A DNA stretch of 64,000 nt from Candidatus Levyibacteriota bacterium (GTDB lineage Bacteria; Patescibacteriota; Microgenomatia; Levybacterales; UBA12049): assembly GCA_016186645.1 (NCBI GenBank), contig JACPLF010000010.1, positions 10,269 through 74,268 of the forward strand, in the 5' to 3' direction. The notes below the pieces were generated by a model. It searched no databases, was not told where the DNA came from, and worked only from the letters and a program-made list of their open reading frames with translations. Position numbers and translations under genes: made by a program. Position 1 is the stretch's first letter; each line of letters begins with the position of its first letter. Shown piece by piece: positions 27,821 to 36,572 of this stretch.

Positions 27821-29109
27821 AAAAAAGTCCGCGCCTCCTTCTTTGGTTTATTATTCTGTTAACAATTGCAGGAGCTGTAATTAATCTTCCATCAAAAGGC
27901 CCTTTCTCATTTACGAAATCTCTGTCTTTTAAGGAAGGACTTGACCTTGCGGGTGGAACCAGCCTTACCTTTAAAGCAGATATGAGCGATGTAAATAAAG
28001 CTCAAGAAAGTAAAGCGCTGGATGGAGTAAAGAATGTAATTGAAAGAAGGATAAATCTTTTCGGGGTGTCGGAGCCAGTTGTGCAGACTAGTATAAGCAA
28101 AAATGATTATCGTATTATTGTTGAATTGCCTGGCGTTGATATAAATCAAGCAAAGAGCATAATTGGGACTACTGCAGAGCTTTCCTTTTGGGAACAAGCA
28201 GCAAGTGATAGTGCAAAAATAGCAAGTTCTTCTGCGTATCCTCAGGGTGTCATAGAAATTTTGGGATCTGATGCTATAAAAACAAATCTTTCTGGACGGG
28301 ATTTGAAAGATACAAGTGTGGGATTTGATCCAAATAGCGGCAAGCCGCAAGTTCAATTGCAATTTACAAGTGAGGGTACAAAAAAATTTGCAGCCATTAC
28401 TCAAAGAAATGTAAATAAGATTGTGGCAATTGTTTTAGATAATCAAGTGATTGAGGCGCCGCGCGTAAATCAAGCTATATTGACAGGAGATGCTGTTATA
28501 AGCGGATCGTTCACAAGTGAATCAGCAAATGCTTTAAGCACTTCTCTGAATGCCGGTGCTTTGCCTGTACCCCTTATTCCTTTACAGCAGCATGGTGTGG
28601 ATGCGACTTTGGGAAGTGAATCTTTATTAAAAAGTCTTTTTGCAGGAGCATTGGGAATACTTATTATAATTATTTTCATGACTGTTCTGTATGGAAGATT
28701 GGGTATCGTAGCAAGTATAGCTCTGGTTCTTTATACTTTATTTGTATTGTCTATTTTCAAATTAAGCAGTATTGCTCCATACGGAATAACCCTTACTCTT
28801 TCAGGAATTGCCGGTTTTATTCTTTCAGTTGGAATGGCTGTTGATGCAAATATTTTGATTTTTGAAAGAATGAAGGAAGAAAGAAGATTGGGCAGATCAT
28901 GGAAAGAGTCATTGGAGCTGGGATTTTCCAGGGCTTGGACATCAATTCGGGATTCGAATATCTCAAGTCTTATAACGAGTTTTGTGTTGTACCAATTTGG
29001 AACTGGCACTGTTAAGGGATTTGCGCTTGTTTTAGCAATTGGAGTTTTGGTTTCTATGTTCTCGGCAATAATAGTAACCAGGACTTTTTTGAGACTAATA
29101 TACAGATGA
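27817..29109 (+). CDS. secD: Protein translocase subunit SecD
   Basis: GLDLAGG, RRINLFGVSEP, GALPVP, GMAVDANILIFER. Confidence 0.95.
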   Translation: MKKSPRLLLWFIILLTIAGAVINLPSKGPFSFTKSLSFKEGLDLAGGTSLTFKADMSDVNKAQESKALDGVKNVIERRINLFGVSEPVVQTSISKNDYRIIVELPGVDINQAKSIIGTTAELSFWEQAASDSAKIASSSAYPQGVIEILGSDAIKTNLSGRDLKDTSVGFDPNSGKPQVQLQFTSEGTKKFAAITQRNVNKIVAIVLDNQVIEAPRVNQAILTGDAVISGSFTSESANALSTSLNAGALPVPLIPLQQHGVDATLGSESLLKSLFAGALGILIIIIFMTVLYGRLGIVASIALVLYTLFVLSIFKLSSIAPYGITLTLSGIAGFILSVGMAVDANILIFERMKEERRLGRSWKESLELGFSRAWTSIRDSNISSLITSFVLYQFGTGTVKGFALVLAIGVLVSMFSAIIVTRTFLRLIYR

Positions 29110-29230
29110 TATTTTGAAGTGGGATGGTCGGATGTTTTTGACCTTGAGTTTTTGAATTCTTGATATCAAGATATCAAAGATTCAAAATCAAAGGCGTCAA
29201 GAATATCTAATAACATCAAAAGTTCTAATT

Positions 29231-30127
29231 ATGAACATTATTGGTCGTAAAAATTGGTATTTTGGTTTATCATTGCTGGTTTTGATTCCTGGAATTATCG
29301 CGATATTTTTGTGGGGATTAAATCTTTCTATTGATTTTACTGGGGGTTCTAGATTAACACTAGCTTTTGACAATAGGGTTTCTGAAAAACAGGTGGAAAC
29401 GGTTAACATCATTTTGAAAAAAGAGAATATTAAAGCTGCCAATATAGAAAAAGCTGATAAGTTAATTTTTGTTAGAACTGCTCCAATTGACTCAACGCAA
29501 AACAATAAACTTATAAATGAATTGTCCAGAGAATTTAGAGACGTTAGGCAGCAGGAATTTGAAACAATTGGTCCTGTGATCGGACAGGAGACAACATTAA
29601 ATGCCTTAAAAGCTGTTGGAATTGCATCAATTCTTATTATTCTTTATATCACTTGGTCTTTTAGAGGCGTTCCCAAACCCGCAAGCAGTTTCAGATTTGG
29701 AATCTGTGCAATTATTGCGCTCATCCATGATGTTTTGGTGGTTGTTGGAGTTTTTGCAATATTGGGACATTTTTTTGGAGTTGAAGTGGACTCCCTTTTT
29801 GTTACTGCCATTTTAACTGTCATTGGCTTCTCAGTTCACGATACTATTGTTGTTTTTGATAGAATCAGAGAAAATCTTAGAAAAATGGGAGGAGCTGATT
29901 TTTCCAAAACTGTTAATGAATCAATAATTCAAACCATAGGCAGGTCTTTAAATACTTCACTAACAGTCATCTTGGTATTAATTGCATTGCTATTGTTTGG
30001 CGGAGAGAGTATCAGATGGTTTGTCGTAGCGCTTCTTATTGGAATTATCAGCGGAACCTATTCTTCTATATTTAACGCAAGCCCTCTTTTGGTTTTGTGG
30101 CAGGAGATAAGCCAGAGGAAGAAATAA
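29231..30127 (+). CDS. secF: Protein translocase subunit SecF
   Basis: IDFTGG, HDVL, GFSVHDTIVVFDRIRE, GTYSSIF. Confidence 0.95.
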   Translation: MNIIGRKNWYFGLSLLVLIPGIIAIFLWGLNLSIDFTGGSRLTLAFDNRVSEKQVETVNIILKKENIKAANIEKADKLIFVRTAPIDSTQNNKLINELSREFRDVRQQEFETIGPVIGQETTLNALKAVGIASILIILYITWSFRGVPKPASSFRFGICAIIALIHDVLVVVGVFAILGHFFGVEVDSLFVTAILTVIGFSVHDTIVVFDRIRENLRKMGGADFSKTVNESIIQTIGRSLNTSLTVILVLIALLLFGGESIRWFVVALLIGIISGTYSSIFNASPLLVLWQEISQRKK

Positions 30128-30580
30128 TTAAGAATTAAGGGATTCCTTTACGATTTTGCTGACTATTCCTCCGTCGGCTTTGCCTTTTACTTTTGGCATT
30201 AATGATCCCATGACTTTTCCCATTTCAGCAACTGTTGTTGCGCCCATTTCGCGGATTGTTTCCTTGACGATTTCGCGGATTTGGTCTTCGCTCATTTGTT
30301 GCGGAAGATAGACTTTCAACATTTCGAGTTCTTTACTTTCTTTTTCTGCTAATTCAGAACGGTTTGCTTTCTTGAATTCTTCAATAGAATCCCTTCTTTG
30401 TTTTGCTTCTTTTTGAATTACAGATAAAACATCTTCATCTGTTGCTTCATATCCTGCTCCGCCCTTCTGGATTTCATAATAGTTAATTGCGGAAAGAAGC
30501 AGTCTAAGAACAGAAGTTTTTAAAACATCTCTTGAGAGCATTGCTTGTTTCAATTCTTCTTGTAATTTTTTCTTAAGCAT
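30128..30580 (-). CDS. GatB/YqeY domain protein
   Basis: [27 protein letters not shown]. Confidence 0.9.
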   Translation of the reverse strand: MLKKKLQEELKQAMLSRDVLKTSVLRLLLSAINYYEIQKGGAGYEATDEDVLSVIQKEAKQRRDSIEEFKKANRSELAEKESKELEMLKVYLPQQMSEDQIREIVKETIREMGATTVAEMGKVMGSLMPKVKGKADGGIVSKIVKESLNS

Positions 30581-31754
30581 ATTTTTGCAGCTCTTTTATT
30601 CTATCAGTTTTTTCCCAAGGAAGGTTTAAATCCAATCTTCCAAAATGTCCGTATGCTGCAACTTGCCTATAAAGCGGAGCCCGCAGTCCCAAATGTTTTA
30701 TTATCATTCCCGGTCTCAAATCAAATACTTTTATAACTGTCTCACTTAATTTTTCATCGTCAATTTTTCCTGTTCCAAAAGCATCTACCAAAACAGACAT
30801 TGGCGCCGGTCTTCCAATAGCATAGGATATTTGCACTTCGCATTTTTTGGCAAGTCCCGCTGCAACAATATTTTTTGCAATATAGCGCGCCATATACTGA
30901 GCGGATCTATCTACTTTGGTTGGATCTTTTCCGGAAAAAGCTCCGCCTCCGTGACGCGAATATCCGCCATAAGTATCAACAATTATTTTTCTTCCTGTTA
31001 ATCCCGTGTCTGCCTGCGGCCCTCCGATAACAAATCTTCCGGTCGTATTAACATGATATTTTGTTTTGCTGTCCACTAATTTTTTAGGTAAAACTTTTAG
31101 AATTACTTTATTAATAATCTCACGTTTTAGTTTGTCTTGATTGATATGTTCATCGTGTTGTGCGGCAATCAAAACCTGGTCAATTCTCAAAGGTCTGCCG
31201 TCTTTATATTCAACTGTAATTTGAGATTTTCCATCAGGTCTTAAGCCTTTAATTATTTTTTTCTTTCGGACAAGGGAGAGTCTTTGACACAATTTATGAG
31301 CAAGCACTATTGGCAAAGGCATTAATTCCGCAGTTTCATCAATTGCAAATCCAAACATCAGTCCTTGATCTCCAGCCCCCAATTTTTCCAAATCTTCTTG
31401 GACAATCTTTCCGCCTTTTTCTTCTTTGTAGCTATCAACGCCTTTTGCAATATCTGAGGATTGTCCGTGAATCGCAATTGTAACTCCGCTTGTTTCGAAG
31501 TGAAATCCGTAGCGTGCATCTGTGTAGCCGATATCTTTAATTACCTGCCTCACAATTTCCGGAATCTCAACATAAATATTTGTTGTAATCTCTCCGGCCA
31601 CAAAAATAACACCATTTGTTATTAACGCTTCTACAGCAACTCGGGCTTTGGGGTCCTGCCTTAGAATTTCGTCCAAAATTGCGTCTGCAATTTGATCGCA
31701 CATTTTATCAGGGTGTCCTTCTGTCACAGATTCCGAAGTAAAATATCTTCTCAT
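30573..31754 (-). CDS. metK: S-adenosylmethionine synthetase
   Basis: [34 protein letters not shown]. Confidence 0.97.
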   Translation of the reverse strand: MRRYFTSESVTEGHPDKMCDQIADAILDEILRQDPKARVAVEALITNGVIFVAGEITTNIYVEIPEIVRQVIKDIGYTDARYGFHFETSGVTIAIHGQSSDIAKGVDSYKEEKGGKIVQEDLEKLGAGDQGLMFGFAIDETAELMPLPIVLAHKLCQRLSLVRKKKIIKGLRPDGKSQITVEYKDGRPLRIDQVLIAAQHDEHINQDKLKREIINKVILKVLPKKLVDSKTKYHVNTTGRFVIGGPQADTGLTGRKIIVDTYGGYSRHGGGAFSGKDPTKVDRSAQYMARYIAKNIVAAGLAKKCEVQISYAIGRPAPMSVLVDAFGTGKIDDEKLSETVIKVFDLRPGMIIKHLGLRAPLYRQVAAYGHFGRLDLNLPWEKTDRIKELQKYA

Positions 31755-31818
31755 TATTAAGTTTTGAGTATAGGGTATTACAATTAGTTAATCAAGCATT
31801 TTTATTTGCAATAAAGTT

Positions 31819-31837
31819 TCGTTGTCTAGACAACGGA
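31819..31837. repeat. Palindrome CGTTGTCTAGACAACG, copy 1
   Basis: Perfect 16-bp palindrome; 19-bp inverted match to 32272-32290. Confidence 0.9.
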
Positions 31838-31855
31838 ACAATTCTTTAACTTTAA

Positions 31856-32266
31856 TTAACGATCTACATCTTTTCTTTTAAAACCGGTATACTCCTTCTT
31901 TTTAAAAACAAGCTTTGGTCCGCCAATAAGTCGATATTTTTTTCTAGCGTACTCATTTTCTACTTTTTTCCTCCTTTTGTTAATTAAATCTAAAAAAAGA
32001 AAATTTTCATCCAGCTTTTTTGCTACAGACATGATTGTATTTTTTCCCACTTTTAGGGTTTTTGCTATCTCATCAATTCCCATCCCCTCCCTTATGTATT
32101 CGGCGACAAGAATTCTTCTTCCTATTTTTAGCTTTTCGTCATGAGTCAGTAAGCCTTTTATTATTTTCTCAACTTCATCTCCATTTTTTGCCGCAAGAAA
32201 AGCATCCCTTAATCGATTGAAAGCATCATATATATCATCTTTTGTCAAAAATTTATATCTTCTCAT
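31856..32266 (-). CDS. TrpR-like (YerC/YecD) HTH protein, second paralog
   Basis: GLLTHDEKLKIGRRILVA..IDEIAKTLKVGKNTIMSV. Confidence 0.8.
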   Translation of the reverse strand: MRRYKFLTKDDIYDAFNRLRDAFLAAKNGDEVEKIIKGLLTHDEKLKIGRRILVAEYIREGMGIDEIAKTLKVGKNTIMSVAKKLDENFLFLDLINKRRKKVENEYARKKYRLIGGPKLVFKKKEYTGFKRKDVDR

Positions 32267-32271
32267 TTAAA

Positions 32272-32290
32272 TCCGTTGTCTAGACAACGA
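32272..32290. repeat. Palindrome CGTTGTCTAGACAACG, copy 2
   Basis: 5-7 nt upstream of the TrpR-like ATG. Confidence 0.9.
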
Positions 32291-32374
32291 GACAAAACAC
32301 GCGCAGAAATATTTTATATGTTAGATAAAATTTATGCAAATATTAAGAAGAATAAGAAGAAATAGGAAATTTAT

Positions 32375-32794
32375 TTAGGGACTGGAGGCTAATTGTCTAG
32401 TTGGTATTAGGGATTTTAAAATTTTTAAAAGCAGAACATAATTACTAGCTTCTTCTAGAGTCATTTCTCGTTCAGGGTCTGAGCTTATGCCTGTATTAAC
32501 TTTTTCTTTTGGTCGTACAAACGCGTTAGGATACGTTTTCAGCGGGTCTCCCGGTCCTAGACGGAATAAAGCTTCATGAGGCCAATCCCGAACATTTATT
32601 ATAAATGTTTCTACCTTATCAGAAGGATAAACTCTTATGTGAACTTTTCTTGGTTGACCTTGATTTTGGACAGGAATTTCGTATTCAAATGTAGTAGCCT
32701 CCTTAAGTTGATGGGAATTAGTTAATCCTGCAATTGCACCAAAGAGAAATGCAATTATTGGTCTGCTTTCTCTAGGTTTAAGCGCTTCTACCAT
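32375..32794 (-). CDS. Hypothetical orphan-like protein
   Basis: MVEALKPRES..; TACAAT 6 nt upstream of ATG 32794. Confidence 0.55.
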   Translation of the reverse strand: MVEALKPRESRPIIAFLFGAIAGLTNSHQLKEATTFEYEIPVQNQGQPRKVHIRVYPSDKVETFIINVRDWPHEALFRLGPGDPLKTYPNAFVRPKEKVNTGISSDPEREMTLEEASNYVLLLKILKSLIPTRQLASSP

Positions 32795-32819
32795 GAATGT
32801 ATTGTATTGTAATAATAAT

Positions 32820-34241
32820 CTATTTGTCAACAGTCCGGATTCGTTTAATGAGATATTCTTTAGTATTTTTAGATAAATCTTCATCGACTTCGAGAAAAAG
32901 TTTATTCAAGATTTCGCCGATTTTTGGTCCCGGTTTAATACTTAATTCTTTTATGATGTCATTTCCGTCAATGGCTAAATCATTAATAGAAAAAGGTAAT
33001 GGTTTTAATTGCTCCTCAATTCTTTTTTTAAATAATTTCAGTCTCCAGCTTTCTGCAGTTTGGGTTCCGCCGCCAAGTCTGTCCCCGATTCTTATATCCA
33101 TCATGTCTTTTACATTCTCAACGCCAATTCTTCTTATAAATCTTCTTATTCCGGCATCTGATAATTTCTCGTCCACCGTAAACATGTGCCAGCGAATTAA
33201 ATTCACAATCTTATTGCGTTCTTTTTTTGAAAATTTGAGACGATCGCAAATCTCTCTTGCTATATTTGTTCCGGCAACTTCATGATTGTAAAAAATTACG
33301 AGTCCTTCTTCATCCTTACTCATCACTTTGGGTTTTCCTACGTCATGCAGAAGCGCTGCAAGTTTTATAATAGGATCAAGGGACGGACAAAATTTCATAG
33401 ACAATACGTTGTGAGTAAATACATCATCCGTGTGATGGCGGCCGGGCCTTTTTTGGGAAACTCCAACTCCTTCCATTAATTCTGGAAGAATATAATTTAA
33501 AAGATCAGATTTTTGTAAGAGCAAGACCCCTTCATAAGCTTTGTCACTTGCTAAAATTCTCAAAAGTTCAACACGAATTCTTTCTCCCGAAACTTTTTTA
33601 ATAAGTTGGGCATCAGCGATTACTTCTCTCCAAGTTTTTTCCTCAATAGCGAAAGAAAGTTCAGTCGCAATTCTGACAGCTCGCAAAAGTCTAAGCGCAT
33701 CTTCCTTGAATCGTGCTTTTGGGTTTCCAACAGCCCGAATAATTTTATTTTTGATATCTTTTTGCCCGTCATATGGATCAACAAGATTAGTTGAGAGTTG
33801 AGAGTTGAAAGTTGAGAGTTTCATAGCGATGGCGTTGATGGTGAAGTCGCGGCGGGCAAGATCTTCCTCGATAGATTTTCCCCATGATACTTTTTCAGGA
33901 TGTCTACTGTCGAAAAAACCCTGCTCGGTACGAAAAGTAGTTATTTCAACGATTATTTTTTGTGTCATCCTGGCTTGTCCAGGATCAGATTCTGGAGTCG
34001 TTGCTTCGCTCCTCCCCAGAATGACGGGGATGCCCACAGTGCCAAATTTATTATCGTAAAATCCCTCTTTGAAGATTTTAAGAAGATTTTGCGGGGCTGC
34101 ATTTGTGGTCATGTCCCAGTCTTTTACAGGTCTTTTTAAGAGAAGATTCCTAACACATCCTCCGACCAAATATACTTGGAAATTAGCCTTTTCTACTTTT
34201 TTATAAATGTCTAGAATTTGCTGTGGAATAAGTTTTACCAT
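32820..34241 (-). CDS. cca: CCA-adding enzyme (class II tRNA nucleotidyltransferase with HD domain)
   Basis: VGGCVRN..DWD, RRDFTINA, EDALRLLRA, LHDVGK; ATG at 34241. Confidence 0.92.
   Translation of the reverse strand: MVKLIPQQILDIYKKVEKANFQVYLVGGCVRNLLLKRPVKDWDMTTNAAPQNLLKIFKEGFYDNKFGTVGIPVILGRSEATTPESDPGQARMTQKIIVEITTFRTEQGFFDSRHPEKVSWGKSIEEDLARRDFTINAIAMKLSTFNSQLSTNLVDPYDGQKDIKNKIIRAVGNPKARFKEDALRLLRAVRIATELSFAIEEKTWREVIADAQLIKKVSGERIRVELLRILASDKAYEGVLLLQKSDLLNYILPELMEGVGVSQKRPGRHHTDDVFTHNVLSMKFCPSLDPIIKLAALLHDVGKPKVMSKDEEGLVIFYNHEVAGTNIAREICDRLKFSKKERNKIVNLIRWHMFTVDEKLSDAGIRRFIRRIGVENVKDMMDIRIGDRLGGGTQTAESWRLKLFKKRIEEQLKPLPFSINDLAIDGNDIIKELSIKPGPKIGEILNKLFLEVDEDLSKNTKEYLIKRIRTVDK
33789..33820. 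repeat. 7-bp tandem repeat (AGTTGAG)n in frame in cca
   Basis: Encodes LSTFNSQLST after RRDFTINAIAMK. Confidence 0.85.
33964..34025. repeat. In-frame palindromic doublet in cca
   Basis: GTCATCCTGGCTTGTCCAGGATC plus AGATTCTGG...CCAGAATGAC; encodes VILGRSEATTPESDPGQARMT. Confidence 0.8.
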
Positions 34242-34258
34242 ACTGGTATAGTATAGCA

Positions 34259-36001
34259 ATGAAATATCAAATCTCAAATCTCAAATCTCAAATCTCAAAT
34301 CCAAAAGACCTCATTAAAATTCTGCTTGCAAATCGGGGAATAAAAACCAAGAAAGAGATTGAAGATTTTCTGAATCCAAAACTTGTAAAAGTTACTGCTA
34401 AAAGCGTTGGGATAGATACTCAACAACTGAAAAAAACAGTCGCTAGAATTAAAAAAGCGATAAAAAATAAAGAACAAATTGTAGTTTTTGGAGATTATGA
34501 TGTTGATGGTATTTGCGGCACAGCAATTCTTTGGGAGACCCTTCGGCTCGCTTCGCTTGCTCAGGGCAAGCCCTACGAAAATGTTTTTCCATACATTCCT
34601 CATCGAATTGACGAAGGCTACGGTTTGTCAATAAAAGGCATTCAAAATGTTCAGGATAAATACAAGAATGTAAAATTAATCATAACGGTTGACAATGGGA
34701 TTGTTGCAAATAAAGCAGTTGATTTTGCAAACAAAAATGATATTGATGTAATAATCACTGATCATCATGTACCATCCAAAATTAAACCTAAAGCATTATC
34801 AATAGTTCACACGACAAAATTATGCGGAACCGGAGTGGCTTGGATACTTTCAGATGAGATGCTGAACTCCTCCAAGAGGACTTTCCTCAGCGGAGGTGGC
34901 GCAGTTCAGCATGACAATATGCATAAAAACCATTTAGAATTGGTAGCGCTTGCGACTGTTGCAGATTTGGTTTCCCTAAAAGGAGCAAATAGAACACTTC
35001 TTAAGTTTGGTTTGGAAGGACTTCGAAAAACAAAAAGAATTGGACTTCTGGAATTATTTAAAGAAGCCGGGTTAAGAAAAGAATCTGCTGGAGTTTATGA
35101 AATAGGCCATATAATTGCGCCTAGGCTAAATGCAATGGGAAGACTTGAGTATGCGATGGATAGTCTGAGATTGATATGCACGAATAATCAAAAAAGAGCA
35201 GAAGAACTAGCGCGATTGCTAGGAAGTACGAATAAAGAAAGACAGGATCTAACGCTGCAATCAGTTTTACATGCCAAATCTGCAATTCAGAATTCAAAAT
35301 CTAGAATTCAGAATTTGATTTTTATTTCGCATGAGTCATATCAGCCAGGCGTAATTGGATTAATTGCGGGGAAAATGGTTGAAGAATTTTATCGTCCTGC
35401 AATAGTTGTTTCAATCGGGGAAAAATTTAGCAAGGCATCGGCAAGATCAGTTCACGGATTTAATATTATAGAATTTATCCGCGGTGCATCAGAATTATTA
35501 ATTGATGCAGGAGGACATCCAATGGCAGCTGGGTTTACTGTTGAAACAGCGAAACTTCTGAAACTCCAAAAAGCGCTGGAAGATAAGGCAGAATTAGCGC
35601 TTAGTAAAGATTTGTTAACCCGCAGTCTTAGGATTGATTGCGAGTTGCCTTTGTCGGCTATTAATATAAATTTATATGAATCATTGCAAGCGCTTTACCC
35701 GTTTGGGATGGGTAATCCAGAGCCCACTTTTATAAGTAAAGGCGTTGTGGTTGAAGATATAAGATTGGTTGGAGCAGAAAATAAACATCTAAAGTTTAGA
35801 TTTAAGATTCAAGATTTAAGATTTATGATTGATGGAATTGGATTTGGGATGGGAGAAATGTCCGCAAAAATACACATTGGCGACAAAGTAGATATCGTTT
35901 ATACGATTGATGAAAATGAGTGGCCTGCCCCTCGGAGCCTTGGCGAAGTGGGGAATGGAGAAAAAAGACTGCAATTGAAGATTAAAGATCTAACGAGCTA
36001 A
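34259..36001 (+). CDS. recJ: Single-stranded DNA exonuclease RecJ with several in-frame repeat insertions
   Basis: GDYDVDG, TVDNG, TDHH, PRLNAMGR, GGHPMAAG, PFGMGNPEP. Confidence 0.95.
   Translation: MKYQISNLKSQISNPKDLIKILLANRGIKTKKEIEDFLNPKLVKVTAKSVGIDTQQLKKTVARIKKAIKNKEQIVVFGDYDVDGICGTAILWETLRLASLAQGKPYENVFPYIPHRIDEGYGLSIKGIQNVQDKYKNVKLIITVDNGIVANKAVDFANKNDIDVIITDHHVPSKIKPKALSIVHTTKLCGTGVAWILSDEMLNSSKRTFLSGGGAVQHDNMHKNHLELVALATVADLVSLKGANRTLLKFGLEGLRKTKRIGLLELFKEAGLRKESAGVYEIGHIIAPRLNAMGRLEYAMDSLRLICTNNQKRAEELARLLGSTNKERQDLTLQSVLHAKSAIQNSKSRIQNLIFISHESYQPGVIGLIAGKMVEEFYRPAIVVSIGEKFSKASARSVHGFNIIEFIRGASELLIDAGGHPMAAGFTVETAKLLKLQKALEDKAELALSKDLLTRSLRIDCELPLSAININLYESLQALYPFGMGNPEPTFISKGVVVEDIRLVGAENKHLKFRFKIQDLRFMIDGIGFGMGEMSAKIHIGDKVDIVYTIDENEWPAPRSLGEVGNGEKRLQLKIKDLTS
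34262..34301. repeat. 7-bp tandem repeat (AAATCTC)n at the recJ N-terminus
   Basis: Four perfect plus two imperfect units; encodes KYQISNLKSQISN. Confidence 0.9.
35924..35953. repeat. 30-bp in-frame palindromic insertion in recJ
   Basis: CCTGCCCCTCGGAGCCTTGGCGAAGTGGGG splits the NEW|NG motif (PAPRSLGEVG). Confidence 0.8.
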
Positions 36002-36205
36002 CGGTCTACCGATATTTTGTCTTCCTGTTATTCCTGATGTTTCAACTCTGTTTCTCGTCCCTTCTCTCAAGACATATCTTCTTAGATGGGTTAAAGTGCG
36101 CACAGATCTTACTTGTGGATTAACAACAGGTTTTTTAAGCCATTCATGTGGATGGTCGTAGGGTCTAATTGCTTGAGGAGTAAGACTTGTTTCTATGCGA
36201 TTCAT
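35990..36205 (-). CDS. Small hypothetical protein
   Basis: 71-aa ATG ORF in tandem with 36209-36424. Confidence 0.4.
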   Translation of the reverse strand: MNRIETSLTPQAIRPYDHPHEWLKKPVVNPQVRSVRTLTHLRRYVLREGTRNRVETSGITGRQNIGRPLAR

Positions 36206-36208
36206 AAT

Positions 36209-36424
36209 TTATTTTTGTGTTGTAGGTTTATTCAAAGCACTATCAACTCTATTAAGAAGTCTTGCGGGAACAAATTGCACGCCGCCTACATCTTGCACGT
36301 AAGGCTTTAATGCTTCATGTAATGGTGGTTTTGTTGGTATCCAGGGACCGAAACAGGCTTCCGAAATATTGCCTAAGACACGGCTAGCTTCTTGACCCCC
36401 GATGAAGCCTACTTCTTTCTTCAT
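36209..36424 (-). CDS. Small hypothetical protein
   Basis: 71-aa ATG ORF, stop 3 nt before the next start. Confidence 0.45.
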   Translation of the reverse strand: MKKEVGFIGGQEASRVLGNISEACFGPWIPTKPPLHEALKPYVQDVGGVQFVPARLLNRVDSALNKPTTQK

Positions 36425-36485
36425 AACAAAAGCTTATAAGATAGTATCAGACTTAGCTTGACAGGTTTCTGACTTTAAGCTGACA

Positions 36486-36509
36486 GTTTTGTAATCTAGA
36501 TTACAAAAC
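36486..36509. promoter_or_regulatory. Perfect 24-bp palindrome, operator-like
   Basis: GTTTTGTAATCTAGATTACAAAAC in a divergent intergenic region. Confidence 0.55.
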
Positions 36510-36572
36510 AAGCGTAATTAATCTCACCAGCTTGTCAAGATCAAAAAACTAATATACAATGTTATCTATTAA

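Noticed and set aside
31743-32267. metK and the upstream TrpR-like gene share AATGAGAAGATAT (MRRY) at their starts
   Set aside because: Only 13 nt of AT-rich match, plausibly chance; not counted as a target duplication
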